Shown: positions 9,636 to 18,409 of the stretch, piece after piece | How positions within the stretch are numbered: position 1 is the stretch's first letter | Layout: every line of letters starts with the position of its first letter | Source of the DNA: Actinomycetota bacterium | GTDB lineage: Bacteria > Actinomycetota > Actinomycetes > Mycobacteriales > Mycobacteriaceae | Assembly: GCA_034189785.1 (NCBI GenBank) | Contig: JAXHUG010000025.1 | Location: 4,447 to 68,446, forward strand | Length of the DNA stretch: 64,000 bases | Direction: 5' to 3' | Position numbers and translations under genes: made by a program | The notes under the pieces: model-generated | Seen by the model: only the letters and a program-made list of their open reading frames with translations | What the model was told of the DNA's origin: nothing | Database searches by the model: none

Positions 9636-10696
9636 GGTGGTGGCCGATCGCGGTGATCGGATTGCTCAGCCTGCTGGTGTGTTTCGCGCTGGCGCTGCTG
9701 CGCCACTTCGCCCGGCAGGCCGGCACGTTCGAGAACGAGCGCATCGGGCTGACATCGCAGAACACCCGCAGATCAACGTGATCACTTCGGGTGAGGATGC
9801 AGCGCTGCGCGCACTGACCGAGCGGACCGACGGGCAATACGCGGTCTCGACAACGGAATCAGCCCTCACCGCAAGCCTGGATCAGATCGAGGGGCGCGAG
9901 GAGCGCCACCGCCACGACAGTGAAGATCGCGGCGCCCGCCTGGTGACGTTACGCCAGGCCCTCACCGCAACCGGCGCGCACCGCAGGAGCGCGCTGGCGC
10001 GTTGGGGGGGGCAATGACCCTCGCGGCCACCCTTCTACTCCTGGCCACCACCCGCCCGGCCCTCACGGCGAGCGGCCACGACGCCGGCGAGCGCGGGAGC
10101 GGCGCCGACACCAACGTATTCGTCGTACTCGACCGGACCGTGGACGCGCGGTCGGATATCGACGCGCTGCTCGACCGGTATCCCCAGGCCCGCTTCGCAG
10201 TGATCACGTTCGCGCCGGAGCCCACGCTCACGTGGCCGCTCTCGCGGGATGTGTGGAGCCTGCAGCCCGAGGTGGACGCGCTGACCGCCCTGCCGCCCGG
10301 CGACCCTGCTCTCGCCGATGCGGCCGCGCCGGTGCGGGCGCCCCCGGCGCGTCCACCGCCCAGGGTGATATCGACTTTCCGGCCGATTCGGTAAGCGGGG
10401 GAGCGGTGCTGGGTCACTCCGCCGACGGCGCGATCGACGAGGCGTCGCTGCGTCGCATCGCCGGCGACCTCGGGGTGGCGTACTTCGACCGGAGAGCCGG
10501 CGGTGCTCTCGCGCCGCTCGAGACCCGCCCGGATGCGGCCGAGGCGACCGACCCCGTCCCCGCCGCGGCGGGTACCGAGCTGTACTGGCTGCTCTGCCTG
10601 CTGGCCGCGGGCCTGCTGCTCGGCGAGATCTGGCTCAGCGTGCGGGAAGTGCGGTTCCCGGCGCTGGATGCGGCGCTGAACACATTTGCTGAATGA
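9626..10696 (+). pseudogene. Two fused and fragmented vWA-domain (BatA/BatB-like) genes
   Basis: Pieces in different frames: MDLRWWPIAVIG, FENERIGLTSQN, QINVITSGEDAALRALTERTDGQY, TNVFVVLDRT (MIDAS-like strand), DALLDRYPQARFAVITFA, AIDEASLRRIAGDLGVAYF and TELYWLLCLLAAGLLLGEI. Confidence 0.7.
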
Positions 10697-10728
10697 CATT
10701 CGCACGAATCGGGTACCTAGTACGCATT

Positions 10729-11343
10729 ATGAGTTCGTCGAGTCTCCAGCCAGACGGGGCCACCCTGCGTTTCCACCGCATGGCCGCGGCCGACGCGCAT
10801 GCCGTGGCCCGCCTGCGGGAAGAGTTCACGCGCTGGCTCGCCGAGGAGTTCGAGCTCGACGACGTCCGCTCGAGCGACATCGTGCTGGTCGTCAACGAAG
10901 CACTGTCCAACGCCGCCGAGTTCGCCTACCCCGATCGTGAGGTGGGTGACAACATCACCCTGCAGGGCTCCTACGCGGTTGACACCGGTACGCTGGCCAT
11001 CACCGTCGCCGATCGCGGCCGGTGGCGCGGGAGTGACACGTCCAACCAGAAGCGCTCCCGCGGACGCGGCATCCCGCTGATGCGGGCGCTGGGCGACCGG
11101 GTCGACATCGACAAGACACCGCAGGGCACCCAGGTGCACCTGTACTTCGACCGCTGCCAGCGCCGTGCTCCGGTACAGGTCGAGGCGGCCGCCCCGTTTC
11201 CCGCAGTCCGACATCGTCTACGACACGGCACAACGACTACAACACAGCACAACGACTACTACCACAACGACTACGACACAGCACAACCCGCGCCGACCTC
11301 CACGGTGCGGGGCTGGGAGAGATTACGGATCGTCCTGAGATGA
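10729..11343 (+). CDS. RsbW-like anti-sigma factor / Ser-Thr kinase (HATPase_c_2) with aberrant C-terminal extension
   Basis: DIVLVVNEALSNAAEFAY (N box), TVADRG (G1), SRGRGIPLMRAL (G2), GTQVHL. About 50 aa after the domain come from a tandem repeat and amidase-remnant DNA. Confidence 0.82.
   Translation: MSSSSLQPDGATLRFHRMAAADAHAVARLREEFTRWLAEEFELDDVRSSDIVLVVNEALSNAAEFAYPDREVGDNITLQGSYAVDTGTLAITVADRGRWRGSDTSNQKRSRGRGIPLMRALGDRVDIDKTPQGTQVHLYFDRCQRRAPVQVEAAAPFPAVRHRLRHGTTTTTQHNDYYHNDYDTAQPAPTSTVRGWERLRIVLR
11218..11289 (+). repeat. A/C-rich 19-bp minisatellite, about 4 copies
   Basis: Units ctacgacacggcacaacga / ctacaacacagcacaacga / ctactaccacaacga (15 bp) / ctacgacacagcacaaccc. Confidence 0.85.
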
Positions 11344-11704
11344 CCGACGCCTTCGCCGACCTGATGGCCGAGGACGTCGAACTCGATGTCAGCGAGGGCG
11401 ACATGTCGGCGAGGGCGACCGGGCCGGTGGGCATGGACGTCGGTGGCGATTCGGCCGACCTCGGGTGGAGCAACGGGGTGGGGGTGTGCAACGGCAACCT
11501 CGTACCGCCCCGTCTCGGCATCCCGACCGCGACGGTGCCGATGGGCGCGATGGCCGACACCGGGATGCCCGTCGGGCTCACCTTCGCCGGCCGCGCCTAC
11601 AGCGACACCGCGTTGCTGCGGTGGGCGAGCGCTTTGACTGCACAGCGTTCGAGGCGACCGGGGCCCGGCGCACACCGCCGCCCCGCATACCGTCGTTGGC
11701 ATGA
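11290..11704 (+). pseudogene. Amidase C-terminal remnant
   Basis: SADLGWSNGVGVCNGN...LGIPTATVPMGAMADTGMPVGLTFAGRAYSDTALLR, then a frameshift to AFEATGARRTPPPRIP. The amidase signature region is absent. Confidence 0.75.
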
Positions 11705-11737
11705 TGGTCGCCAGTACTCACAAGGGACGAGGTGGCC

Positions 11738-11997
11738 GTGAAGCGCGATCTGTTTGGCATCGAGGTGGTCTGGTGACCACGAACCTCGACGCGATGGTGG
11801 CCTTCTACGAGGACTTCCTCGGACTGGAACTCCAGGGCGACGTCGAGTTCCCGGGCGGATCGCAGCGGCGCTGCACCCTCGGCGACGGGGCGCTCAAACT
11901 CGTCACGTACTCACCGCCGCCGTCGCGGCCCGTCGCACCCGGCGGCGACCGGGTCGAACTGTTCGGCACCCTTGACGGAGTGGACACGGCCCAATGA
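11738..11997 (+). pseudogene. VOC/glyoxalase family remnant
   Basis: GTG at 11738 reads MKRDLFGIEV, then a 1-nt frameshift into GLVTTNLDAMVAFYEDFLGL. Ends GGDRVELFG with the second beta-alpha-beta unit apparently deleted. Confidence 0.65.
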
Positions 11998-12863
11998 GCT
12001 ATCCCCAGTACCCGCAGTCACCCGCACGGGCGCCGACCTGCTACCGGCACCCCGACCGCCAGACCTACGTGCAGTGCACCCGGTGTGGGCGGTTCATCTG
12101 TCCGGAGTGCATGCGGTCGGCCGCCGTCGGGCACCAGTGCCCGGACTGCGTCGGCGAGGCGGCCCGGTCGGCGCCGCAGGCCCGCGCCCCGTTCGGCGGT
12201 CGGCTGTCGACCTCCAAACCGGTCGTGACCTACACGCTCATCGCGGTCAACGTGCTGGCGTTCCTGCTGCAGACGACGTCAGGACAGCTGGAGCGCGAAT
12301 TCGTGCTGTGGACACCAGGGGTCGCCGACGGCGAGTGGTACCGCCTGGTCACCTCCGCGTTCCTGCACTACGGGGCGATGCACCTGCTGTTCAACATGTG
12401 GGCGCTCTACGTCGTCGGGCCGCCGCTGGAGATGTGGCTGGGCCGGCTGCGCTTCGGCGCGCTCTACGCACTCAGTGCGCTGGGCGGGTCCGTGCTGGTC
12501 TACCTGCTCTCACCGATCAACGCCGCGACGGCGGGCGCGTCCGGGGCGGTGTTCGGCCTGTTCGGGGCGATGTTCGTGGTGGCCCGCAAGGTGAACCTGG
12601 ACGTCCGCGGGATTGCCGCGATCATCATCCTCAACCTGGTGTTCACGTTCGTCTACCCGCTGATCAGCTCACAGGGCATTAGCTGGCAGGGCCACCTGGG
12701 CGGGTTGGTCACCGGTGCCGCGACCGCCGTCGTGTACGCCTATGCGCCCGCCGGCCGCCGCAACCTTGTGCAGGGCGGGGTGACGGCCGCGGTGCTGGTG
12801 TTGTTCGGGGTCTTGGTCTTGTGGCGTACGGAGGAAATCCTCACGCTGTTCGGCGTGCGCTGA
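11994..12863 (+). CDS. Rhomboid intramembrane serine protease with N-terminal Cys/His zinc finger (Rv0110-like)
   Basis: CYRHPDR...CTRCGRFICPEC...CPDC zinc finger, HLLFNM, catalytic GASG and HLGG motifs. Confidence 0.93.
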   Translation: MSYPQYPQSPARAPTCYRHPDRQTYVQCTRCGRFICPECMRSAAVGHQCPDCVGEAARSAPQARAPFGGRLSTSKPVVTYTLIAVNVLAFLLQTTSGQLEREFVLWTPGVADGEWYRLVTSAFLHYGAMHLLFNMWALYVVGPPLEMWLGRLRFGALYALSALGGSVLVYLLSPINAATAGASGAVFGLFGAMFVVARKVNLDVRGIAAIIILNLVFTFVYPLISSQGISWQGHLGGLVTGAATAVVYAYAPAGRRNLVQGGVTAAVLVLFGVLVLWRTEEILTLFGVR

Positions 12864-12867
12864 CGCG

Positions 12868-13116
12868 TCAGCTGTGCGGGGTGGGGCTTTGCTCGGAGTC
12901 CCACTTGGACTCCAGTGACCGGGTCACCCTGGTCCCCGCGGCGAACTCCCGCTCGAAGGTCTCACCGTCGGCGCCTTCCATCGTGACCAGGTAGGAAGCG
13001 TCCCCGTCGTTCTTGTGGACGACCTTGTACGGCTGCGGCCCGGACCCCCGATCCACCGCGATGATGTCGCCCGGGGCGACTACGTCGATCGACTCATCGG
13101 CGAACACGTTGCTCAT
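12868..13116 (-). CDS. Small acidic hypothetical protein (82 aa)
   Basis: MSNVFADESIDVVAPGDIIAVDRG...; GC-rich third codon positions; SigF-type promoter ends 10 nt upstream of the ATG. Confidence 0.7.
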   Translation of the reverse strand: MSNVFADESIDVVAPGDIIAVDRGSGPQPYKVVHKNDGDASYLVTMEGADGETFEREFAAGTRVTRSLESKWDSEQSPTPHS

Positions 13117-13126
13117 GCGCCCGGCG

Positions 13127-13152
13127 TACCCCGGGTGCGCGATCGGCCAAAC
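13127..13152 (-). promoter_or_regulatory. SigF-type promoter GTTT-N17-GGGTA
   Basis: Minus strand reads GTTT ggccgatcgcgcacccg GGGTA, matching the mycobacterial SigF consensus GTTT-N15-17-GGGTA. Confidence 0.7.
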
Positions 13153-13422
13153 CCTAGTCAGCTGCGTGCGTTCGTGACCGAACGGCGGAGCGGCGGTGGT
13201 CAACCGGCTGGTCCACCACGATCCCGAGGTCGGATCCCGGCTCGGCCGGCCGGCGAAGGCCGAACACTGGATCAGGTTCGGTGATGTCGAGATGGCGTTC
13301 GTCGAACCACCCGACAAGCCGGCACCGAAGAAGGCCCCGCCGACGAGGAGGCCCAACAAGGAGGCTGCCTCCGAGCGTGGGGCGCGCGAAAGGGCCAGGA
13401 GGAATAACCGCTCCTGTCGAGT

Positions 13423-13438
13423 GGCAAACGTGTTTGCC
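13423..13438. promoter_or_regulatory. Inverted repeat upstream of mmpL (candidate operator)
   Basis: GGCAAAC-GT-GTTTGCC, perfect 7-bp arms, 100 bp upstream of the mmpL ATG. Confidence 0.4.
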
Positions 13439-13537
13439 CAGAGAGTTTGAAAGTGGTACTTATCATGCTTTTTGGGGTGGGGTGTCGTTCCCTACAAGTG
13501 ATAGCCGAGTCTCCGAGCGCGCGCGTACTGTAGTCTC

Positions 13538-15856
13538 ATGGCGGTCTTCCTTCATCGAATCGGCCGGTTCGCGTTTGGCCGTCCTTGGCCGGTCATCGCC
13601 GGCTGGTTCGCGCTGATCGCGGTGGTGGCGGGGATTCTCGCACTCAACCCGCCGAAGATCTCGAATGAGATGCGGATCAATGGCACCCCCGCCCAGGAGG
13701 TCATCGACCAGCTGGCCGAGCGGATGCCGCAGTTCTCCGGCGGGCAGGGCAGCATCGCTTTCGCCGCACCGCAGGGCCACCGCATCGATGACGGCGCCAA
13801 CCGCGACGCCGTGCTGGCCGCGGTCGACGCGATCTCGCGGACAGAGCATGTGATCGATCCGCGGCAGCTGGCTCAGGACGAACTGGCCAAGGGGCCGGCC
13901 AGCCCGACGCTAGCCGCTTCGGCGGCAGTGGCCCGCGCCCGGGCGGACGCCCCGCCGTCACCGGACGCGCCGCAGCCGCTGACCGTCGACGGCCGGCCGG
14001 TGCCTGGCGTGATGGTCTCCGCTGACGGTGCCGTCGCGCTCTACCAGTTCCAATTCGACAGGCAGACCCCCGAGCTGCCCACGGGCGCGGTCGAGCGCAC
14101 CGTCGATGCGGCGCGGGAGGCAGTCGCCGACCGCGGCATCGAGGTGCTGCCGTCGGCGAGCATGGCGGAGATGCCCGAGATCGTGGGCGCCGCCGAGGTC
14201 ATCGGCGTCATGGTGGCCGCGGTCGTGCTGATCGTCACCCTCGGCTCCCTGATCGCCGCCGGCCTGCCGTTGGTCACCGCGCTAATCTCGGTGGCCGTGG
14301 GTGTCGGCGGCACCTTCCTGTTCTCGCATCTGTTCGATATGCAGTCGATGACGGCGGTGCTCGCGCTCATGCTCGGCCTCGCGGTCGGCATCGACTATTC
14401 GATGTTCATCGTCAACCGGCAGCGGCGGCTGATCCTCGATCGCGGCTTGAGCGCTGGCGACGCCGCCGCCCGCGCGATCGGCACCGCGGGCAGCGCGGTC
14501 GTCTTCGCCGGAACGACCGTGGTGATCGCGCTCGTCGCGCTGACGGTCGTAGGCATCTCGCTGCTCACGCCGATGGCGCTCGCGGCCGCAGCCACAGTTG
14601 TCGTCGCCGTCGTCGCCGCCATCACCCTGCTGCCCGCACTGCTGGGCCTGGTGGGCGAGCGTATCGCCTCGCCGAATGCCCGGCGCAGCGCCGCGACCCA
14701 GGAGAGCAACCACCGCTTGGCTACGGCGTGGGTGGGCGCAATCCTGCGCAACCGCGTCCCGGCCGCGCTGGCCGGCATCGTGGTGACCGGTGTGATCGGC
14801 TTGCCCGCGCTGACGATGACGCTCGGCATGCCGGACGGCACGAGCTACAACGAGGGCACCCCGCAGCGCGAGAGTTATGACGTGATCGCCGAGCACTACG
14901 GCAAGGGCTACAACGGACCGCTCGTCGTCGCAGCCGAACCGGCGGCGGGCGGGCAGCTGAGTGCAGCGGACATCGCCGGTGCCTACAGCGACCTGCGCCG
15001 GATGCCGGGTGTGGCCGATGTGGCCTTCGGCGGCGTCAACGACGCCTCCGACACCGCGGTGTTCTCTGTCGTGCCGGAGAACGGGCCGACCGAGGAGGCC
15101 ACCGCACAACTCGTACGCGACATCCGCGCGCAGACCGGCGCGCTGGCGGGGCTCGACAACGTGAAACTCGGGGTCACCGGCATCACCGCTATGGGCATCG
15201 ACATGTCCGATCGGCTGGGCGAAGCGATCCCCGTGTACGTCGTCATCGTGATGGGCCTGTCGATCCTCGTGCTGATGGTGGTGTTCCGTTCGGTCGCCAT
15301 CCCGCTCAAGGCGACCGCGGGGTTCCTGCTTACCGTGTTCGCGGCGTTCGGCGCCACCACCGCACTGTTCCAGTGGGGCTGGTTACAGCAGCTGATCGGA
15401 CTGTCGGCGACCGGGCCGATCGTGTCGATGCTGCCCATCATGGTGGTCGGCGTGCTCTATGGCCTGGCGATGGACTACGAGGTGTTCCTGGTCTCCTCGA
15501 TGAAGGAGGCGCACGTGCACGGTCACCGCGGGGAAACGGCGGTGACGCACGGCTTCACCCAGGCCAGCCGCGTCGTGGTGGCGGCCGCGCTGATCATGAC
15601 GGCGGTGTTCGCGGGTTTCGTGTTCAACGCCGACCCGATCGTCAAGCAGATGGGCTTCGCGCTGGCCTTCGGTGTGCTCGTCGACGCGTTCGTAGTGCGG
15701 ATGACCGTCGTGCCGGCGGTGATGTCCATGCTCGGCGACCGCGCGTGGTGGCTGCCGAACCGGCTGGAGCGGGTTCTACCCGATCTCGACATCGAGGGCG
15801 ATAAGCTCAACCGCCGACTCGAGCAGGAACGGGCCGGGCATTCGGTGTCCATCTGA
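13538..15856 (+). CDS. MMPL/RND family transporter
   Basis: 772 aa, two sets of TM helices, conserved GIDYSMF and LAMDYEVF proton-relay motifs. TACTGT -10 element 6 nt before the ATG suggests a leaderless transcript. Confidence 0.93.
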   Translation: MAVFLHRIGRFAFGRPWPVIAGWFALIAVVAGILALNPPKISNEMRINGTPAQEVIDQLAERMPQFSGGQGSIAFAAPQGHRIDDGANRDAVLAAVDAISRTEHVIDPRQLAQDELAKGPASPTLAASAAVARARADAPPSPDAPQPLTVDGRPVPGVMVSADGAVALYQFQFDRQTPELPTGAVERTVDAAREAVADRGIEVLPSASMAEMPEIVGAAEVIGVMVAAVVLIVTLGSLIAAGLPLVTALISVAVGVGGTFLFSHLFDMQSMTAVLALMLGLAVGIDYSMFIVNRQRRLILDRGLSAGDAAARAIGTAGSAVVFAGTTVVIALVALTVVGISLLTPMALAAAATVVVAVVAAITLLPALLGLVGERIASPNARRSAATQESNHRLATAWVGAILRNRVPAALAGIVVTGVIGLPALTMTLGMPDGTSYNEGTPQRESYDVIAEHYGKGYNGPLVVAAEPAAGGQLSAADIAGAYSDLRRMPGVADVAFGGVNDASDTAVFSVVPENGPTEEATAQLVRDIRAQTGALAGLDNVKLGVTGITAMGIDMSDRLGEAIPVYVVIVMGLSILVLMVVFRSVAIPLKATAGFLLTVFAAFGATTALFQWGWLQQLIGLSATGPIVSMLPIMVVGVLYGLAMDYEVFLVSSMKEAHVHGHRGETAVTHGFTQASRVVVAAALIMTAVFAGFVFNADPIVKQMGFALAFGVLVDAFVVRMTVVPAVMSMLGDRAWWLPNRLERVLPDLDIEGDKLNRRLEQERAGHSVSI

Positions 15857-15961
15857 CCCGACTCTGCGACGATGGCCGCCGCGAATGGCTTCGGCGGCCG
15901 TTAGCCACATCGTTACTCGGCGCGGCGGAGGCCTCCCAGCCCGGATCCCGCTGACTCACGC

Positions 15962-15977
15962 AGTGATGTACATCACT
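15962..15977. promoter_or_regulatory. Perfect 16-bp palindrome matching the CRP/GlxR site
   Basis: AGTGA-TGTACA-TCACT fits GTGA-N6-TCAC; 90 bp upstream of the ORF at 16067. Confidence 0.55.
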
Positions 15978-16066
15978 ACATGATGTGATCTGCGACACAA
16001 CTCAACTTCACGGGCGGCAACTGCGCCGGTAGTGTTGGGCAAGCACTCACGACGGGGAGCAGGCAT

Positions 16067-16327
16067 ATGAGGTACCGACTGATGCCGTACGTCACTCTCG
16101 ACGTCGACGACCGCCTGCGCAGGCGGGTCCGGTCCCTCGGTGAACACCTGCGGGTGACCGTGCGCGCCTACCTGCTGAGCGCAGCCGACGACGTCGACAC
16201 GGCCGGAGAACGGGTCCGCGGGATGTGCGACAAGGCGGTCAACCGGGTGGACACCGTGGTCGCGTCGGTGAACGACAAGATCGCTCCATCCTCGACTGCG
16301 CCACCGTCCAGCCGCGAGGCCAGCTAG
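16067..16327 (+). CDS. Hypothetical protein (86 aa)
   Basis: RBS GGGGAG upstream and strong GC3 bias; no recognisable domain. Confidence 0.6.
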   Translation: MRYRLMPYVTLDVDDRLRRRVRSLGEHLRVTVRAYLLSAADDVDTAGERVRGMCDKAVNRVDTVVASVNDKIAPSSTAPPSSREAS

Positions 16328-16472
16328 CGTCGACGCGGCGTCCAGCCGTACGCGTTGGACACGTCATGGAACCGGCCCGGGTTGTCCGAGACGGCGTAGA
16401 CGTTGTCCGAGACGGCGTAGACCACGTCGAATCCCCGTGTTCCTGCGCGCCGGTGACCGCCACGGTGATCAT
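16324..16472 (-). pseudogene. NAD-dependent epimerase/uronate dehydrogenase-like gene collapsed to about 150 bp
   Basis: ATG at 16472 gives MITVAVTGA (Rossmann beta1). It is joined out of frame to GTRGFDVVYAVSDN(VYAVSDN)PGRFHDVSNAYGWTP*, resembling the C-terminus of this family. Confidence 0.6.
16381..16422. repeat. Perfect 21-bp tandem duplication
   Basis: gttgtccgagacggcgtagac twice (VYAVSDN x2 on the minus strand). Confidence 0.95.
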
Positions 16473-16578
16473 CGGTTCGGGAGTATCCCCGATGGCCCGC
16501 CGATAAGGCCGAACGTATGCACTCCCTCTACGGTGGTGGGTGCTGTCTGTCGTCAGCATCGGTCCGGTGTGCAAAGGG

Positions 16579-17481
16579 GTGTCCGGCTTGGTCGGCCATG
16601 GGTTCGCGGTGTTCTTCGCCTCGCTTGCGGCGATCTTCATGGCGATCGGCATCGTCGTCCGTCAGCGCGCCACCATGGACGTACCGCTTGAGAAGGGCGT
16701 CAGCACGGTCATGCTGATGACGCTGCTGCGCCGGCCGGTGTGGTGGGCGGGTACCGGCGCCGCGGTGGCGGGCTTCGTCTTCCAGGCGCTTGCCCTCGGC
16801 TACGGGTCGCTGCTCCTGGTGCAGCCGGTGCTGATCTCGGCGCTGCTGTTCGCCTTGCCGTTGAGCGCACGCCTCTCCGGTCGCCGCGTGACCCGGGCGG
16901 AGTGGCTGTGGGCGCTGTTGCTGACGGTCGCGCTGACCGTGTTCGTCGCGTTGGCCAAGTCCAGCGCCGGTGACTACGACATCCCGGTCGCGCTGACGGT
17001 CATCGTGGTCGCAGTCTGCCTGGGCGTCGTGCTGGCCTGCGTGCTGATCGCGATACGCGCCACGAACTGGCGTCGGGCGGTGATGCTCGCGGCGGCGGTC
17101 GGGGTGTTGTTCGGCCTGGTCGCGGTGCTGACCAAGATCGTCATGCACATGATCACCGAGGGTCACGTGCGTACCGCGTTGACCACCCCCGCTCTGTACC
17201 TGCTGGTGCTGCTCGGCGTCGGGGCGACGCTGCTGCAGCAGTCGGCGTTCCATGCCGGGTCCCTGCAGACGTCGGTGCCGACGATGCTTGTGCTCGAACC
17301 CGTGATCGCCGTCGTCCTGGGCGCTGTCGTCCTCAACGAGCACATGCAGATCAGCGGACTGGAACCGATCGCGCTGGCCGCCGCCGCTGCCGCCATGATC
17401 GCCGCGACGGTCGCACTCGGCCGCGACGAGGGCGCCTACGAGGAGGAGCTGGAAGCAGAACTGGCCGAACGGGTGGCGTGA
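16579..17481 (+). CDS. DMT-superfamily membrane transporter
   Basis: About 9 hydrophobic helices; RRPVWWAG, QALALGYGSLLLVQP, QQSAFHAGSL; GTG with RBS AAAGGGG. Confidence 0.82.
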   Translation: MSGLVGHGFAVFFASLAAIFMAIGIVVRQRATMDVPLEKGVSTVMLMTLLRRPVWWAGTGAAVAGFVFQALALGYGSLLLVQPVLISALLFALPLSARLSGRRVTRAEWLWALLLTVALTVFVALAKSSAGDYDIPVALTVIVVAVCLGVVLACVLIAIRATNWRRAVMLAAAVGVLFGLVAVLTKIVMHMITEGHVRTALTTPALYLLVLLGVGATLLQQSAFHAGSLQTSVPTMLVLEPVIAVVLGAVVLNEHMQISGLEPIALAAAAAAMIAATVALGRDEGAYEEELEAELAERVA

Positions 17482-17900
17482 CGCAAGGGCACCGGCCATC
17501 TGAAAGGCGTAGTCCGACGAATCCACGCTGTGCGCCTTCCCGTCGACCAGCGGCTCCGCCCACCCGGAGAGTCCGGTCCGGGTGCTGGTGCTGCACGGCG
17601 GTGGCGGGCACGTCGGTGCCCTGTGGCCCCTGGCCGCGATGGCGGCTCGCGAGGGCGTCGACGTCTTCGTGCCCGACCTCCCGATCTACGGCCGCGCCGT
17701 CGAACCGCATCCGCGCGACGTGCGGTACGGCGACTGGCGGCGACCCGCGGCCGCTGATGGTGTTCGGCGCGAGTACGGGCGATGGCCGGTTCCGTGACGA
17801 GGTGGCCGCCCGCGCACGGGTGAGGTCGCCCATGTGGTCGCGTCGTGTCTGTTCGATCCGGCCGACCCCGCGGCGCGGTGGGCCCGCGGTGCCAGGCGGT
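17478..17900 (+). pseudogene. Alpha/beta hydrolase remnant
   Basis: Segments in three frames: VLVLHGGGGHVGALWP...VPDLPIYG, RPLMVFGASTG (nucleophile elbow GxSxG) and VAHVVASCLFDP. The C-terminal half is missing. Confidence 0.65.
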
Positions 17901-17966
17901 GCATCAGCCGACGCAGACCGGGACGTCGCTAACGCCCGACCAAACCACCCTTCTGAGGGCGGTGGC

Positions 17967-18374
17967 TCAGGCTTTCCACGACGACCAGCGATGCACCCCG
18001 ACGGTGATGACCGGCCCCTCGAGCGCGAGACGCCGATACTGCGGATACTTCTGCCGCAGGTGCGCGTGCCCGGTGGCCATCTCGTCTCCGCTTTGGTGCA
18101 CGGCGGCCATCCCGTCGGCGCGCACCCACCACAGCTGACCCCAGTCGTCGGCGTAGTGGTCGACGAGCAGGCAGACGCGTGGATCGGCTTCGATGTTGGC
18201 CAGCCGCCGCAACCGCTGGGTCGACTTCCGTTTGGCGTCCACCGCCGTGTACACGGTCTCGTGGTGTACGGCGAACACCACCGGCACGAGATGCGGCGCA
18301 CCGTCGGGGTTGACCGTCGCCAGCGTCGCCGCGGGGGCGGCGGCGAACATCTCGACCGCGTCGAATTCGGCCAT
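17967..18374 (-). CDS. PPOX-class F420-dependent oxidoreductase (TIGR03668 / Rv0121c-like)
   Basis: [62 protein letters not shown]. Confidence 0.88.
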   Translation of the reverse strand: MAEFDAVEMFAAAPAATLATVNPDGAPHLVPVVFAVHHETVYTAVDAKRKSTQRLRRLANIEADPRVCLLVDHYADDWGQLWWVRADGMAAVHQSGDEMATGHAHLRQKYPQYRRLALEGPVITVGVHRWSSWKA

Positions 18375-18409
18375 ACCGTCACCCTATTGGCGATCGGCCG
18401 GCCCGTGGG

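Noticed and set aside
11218-11289. Repeat array as a CRISPR candidate (also 16381-16422 and 58640-58684)
   Set aside because: Units are directly adjacent with no unique spacers, and there are no cas genes. They are simple tandem repeats.
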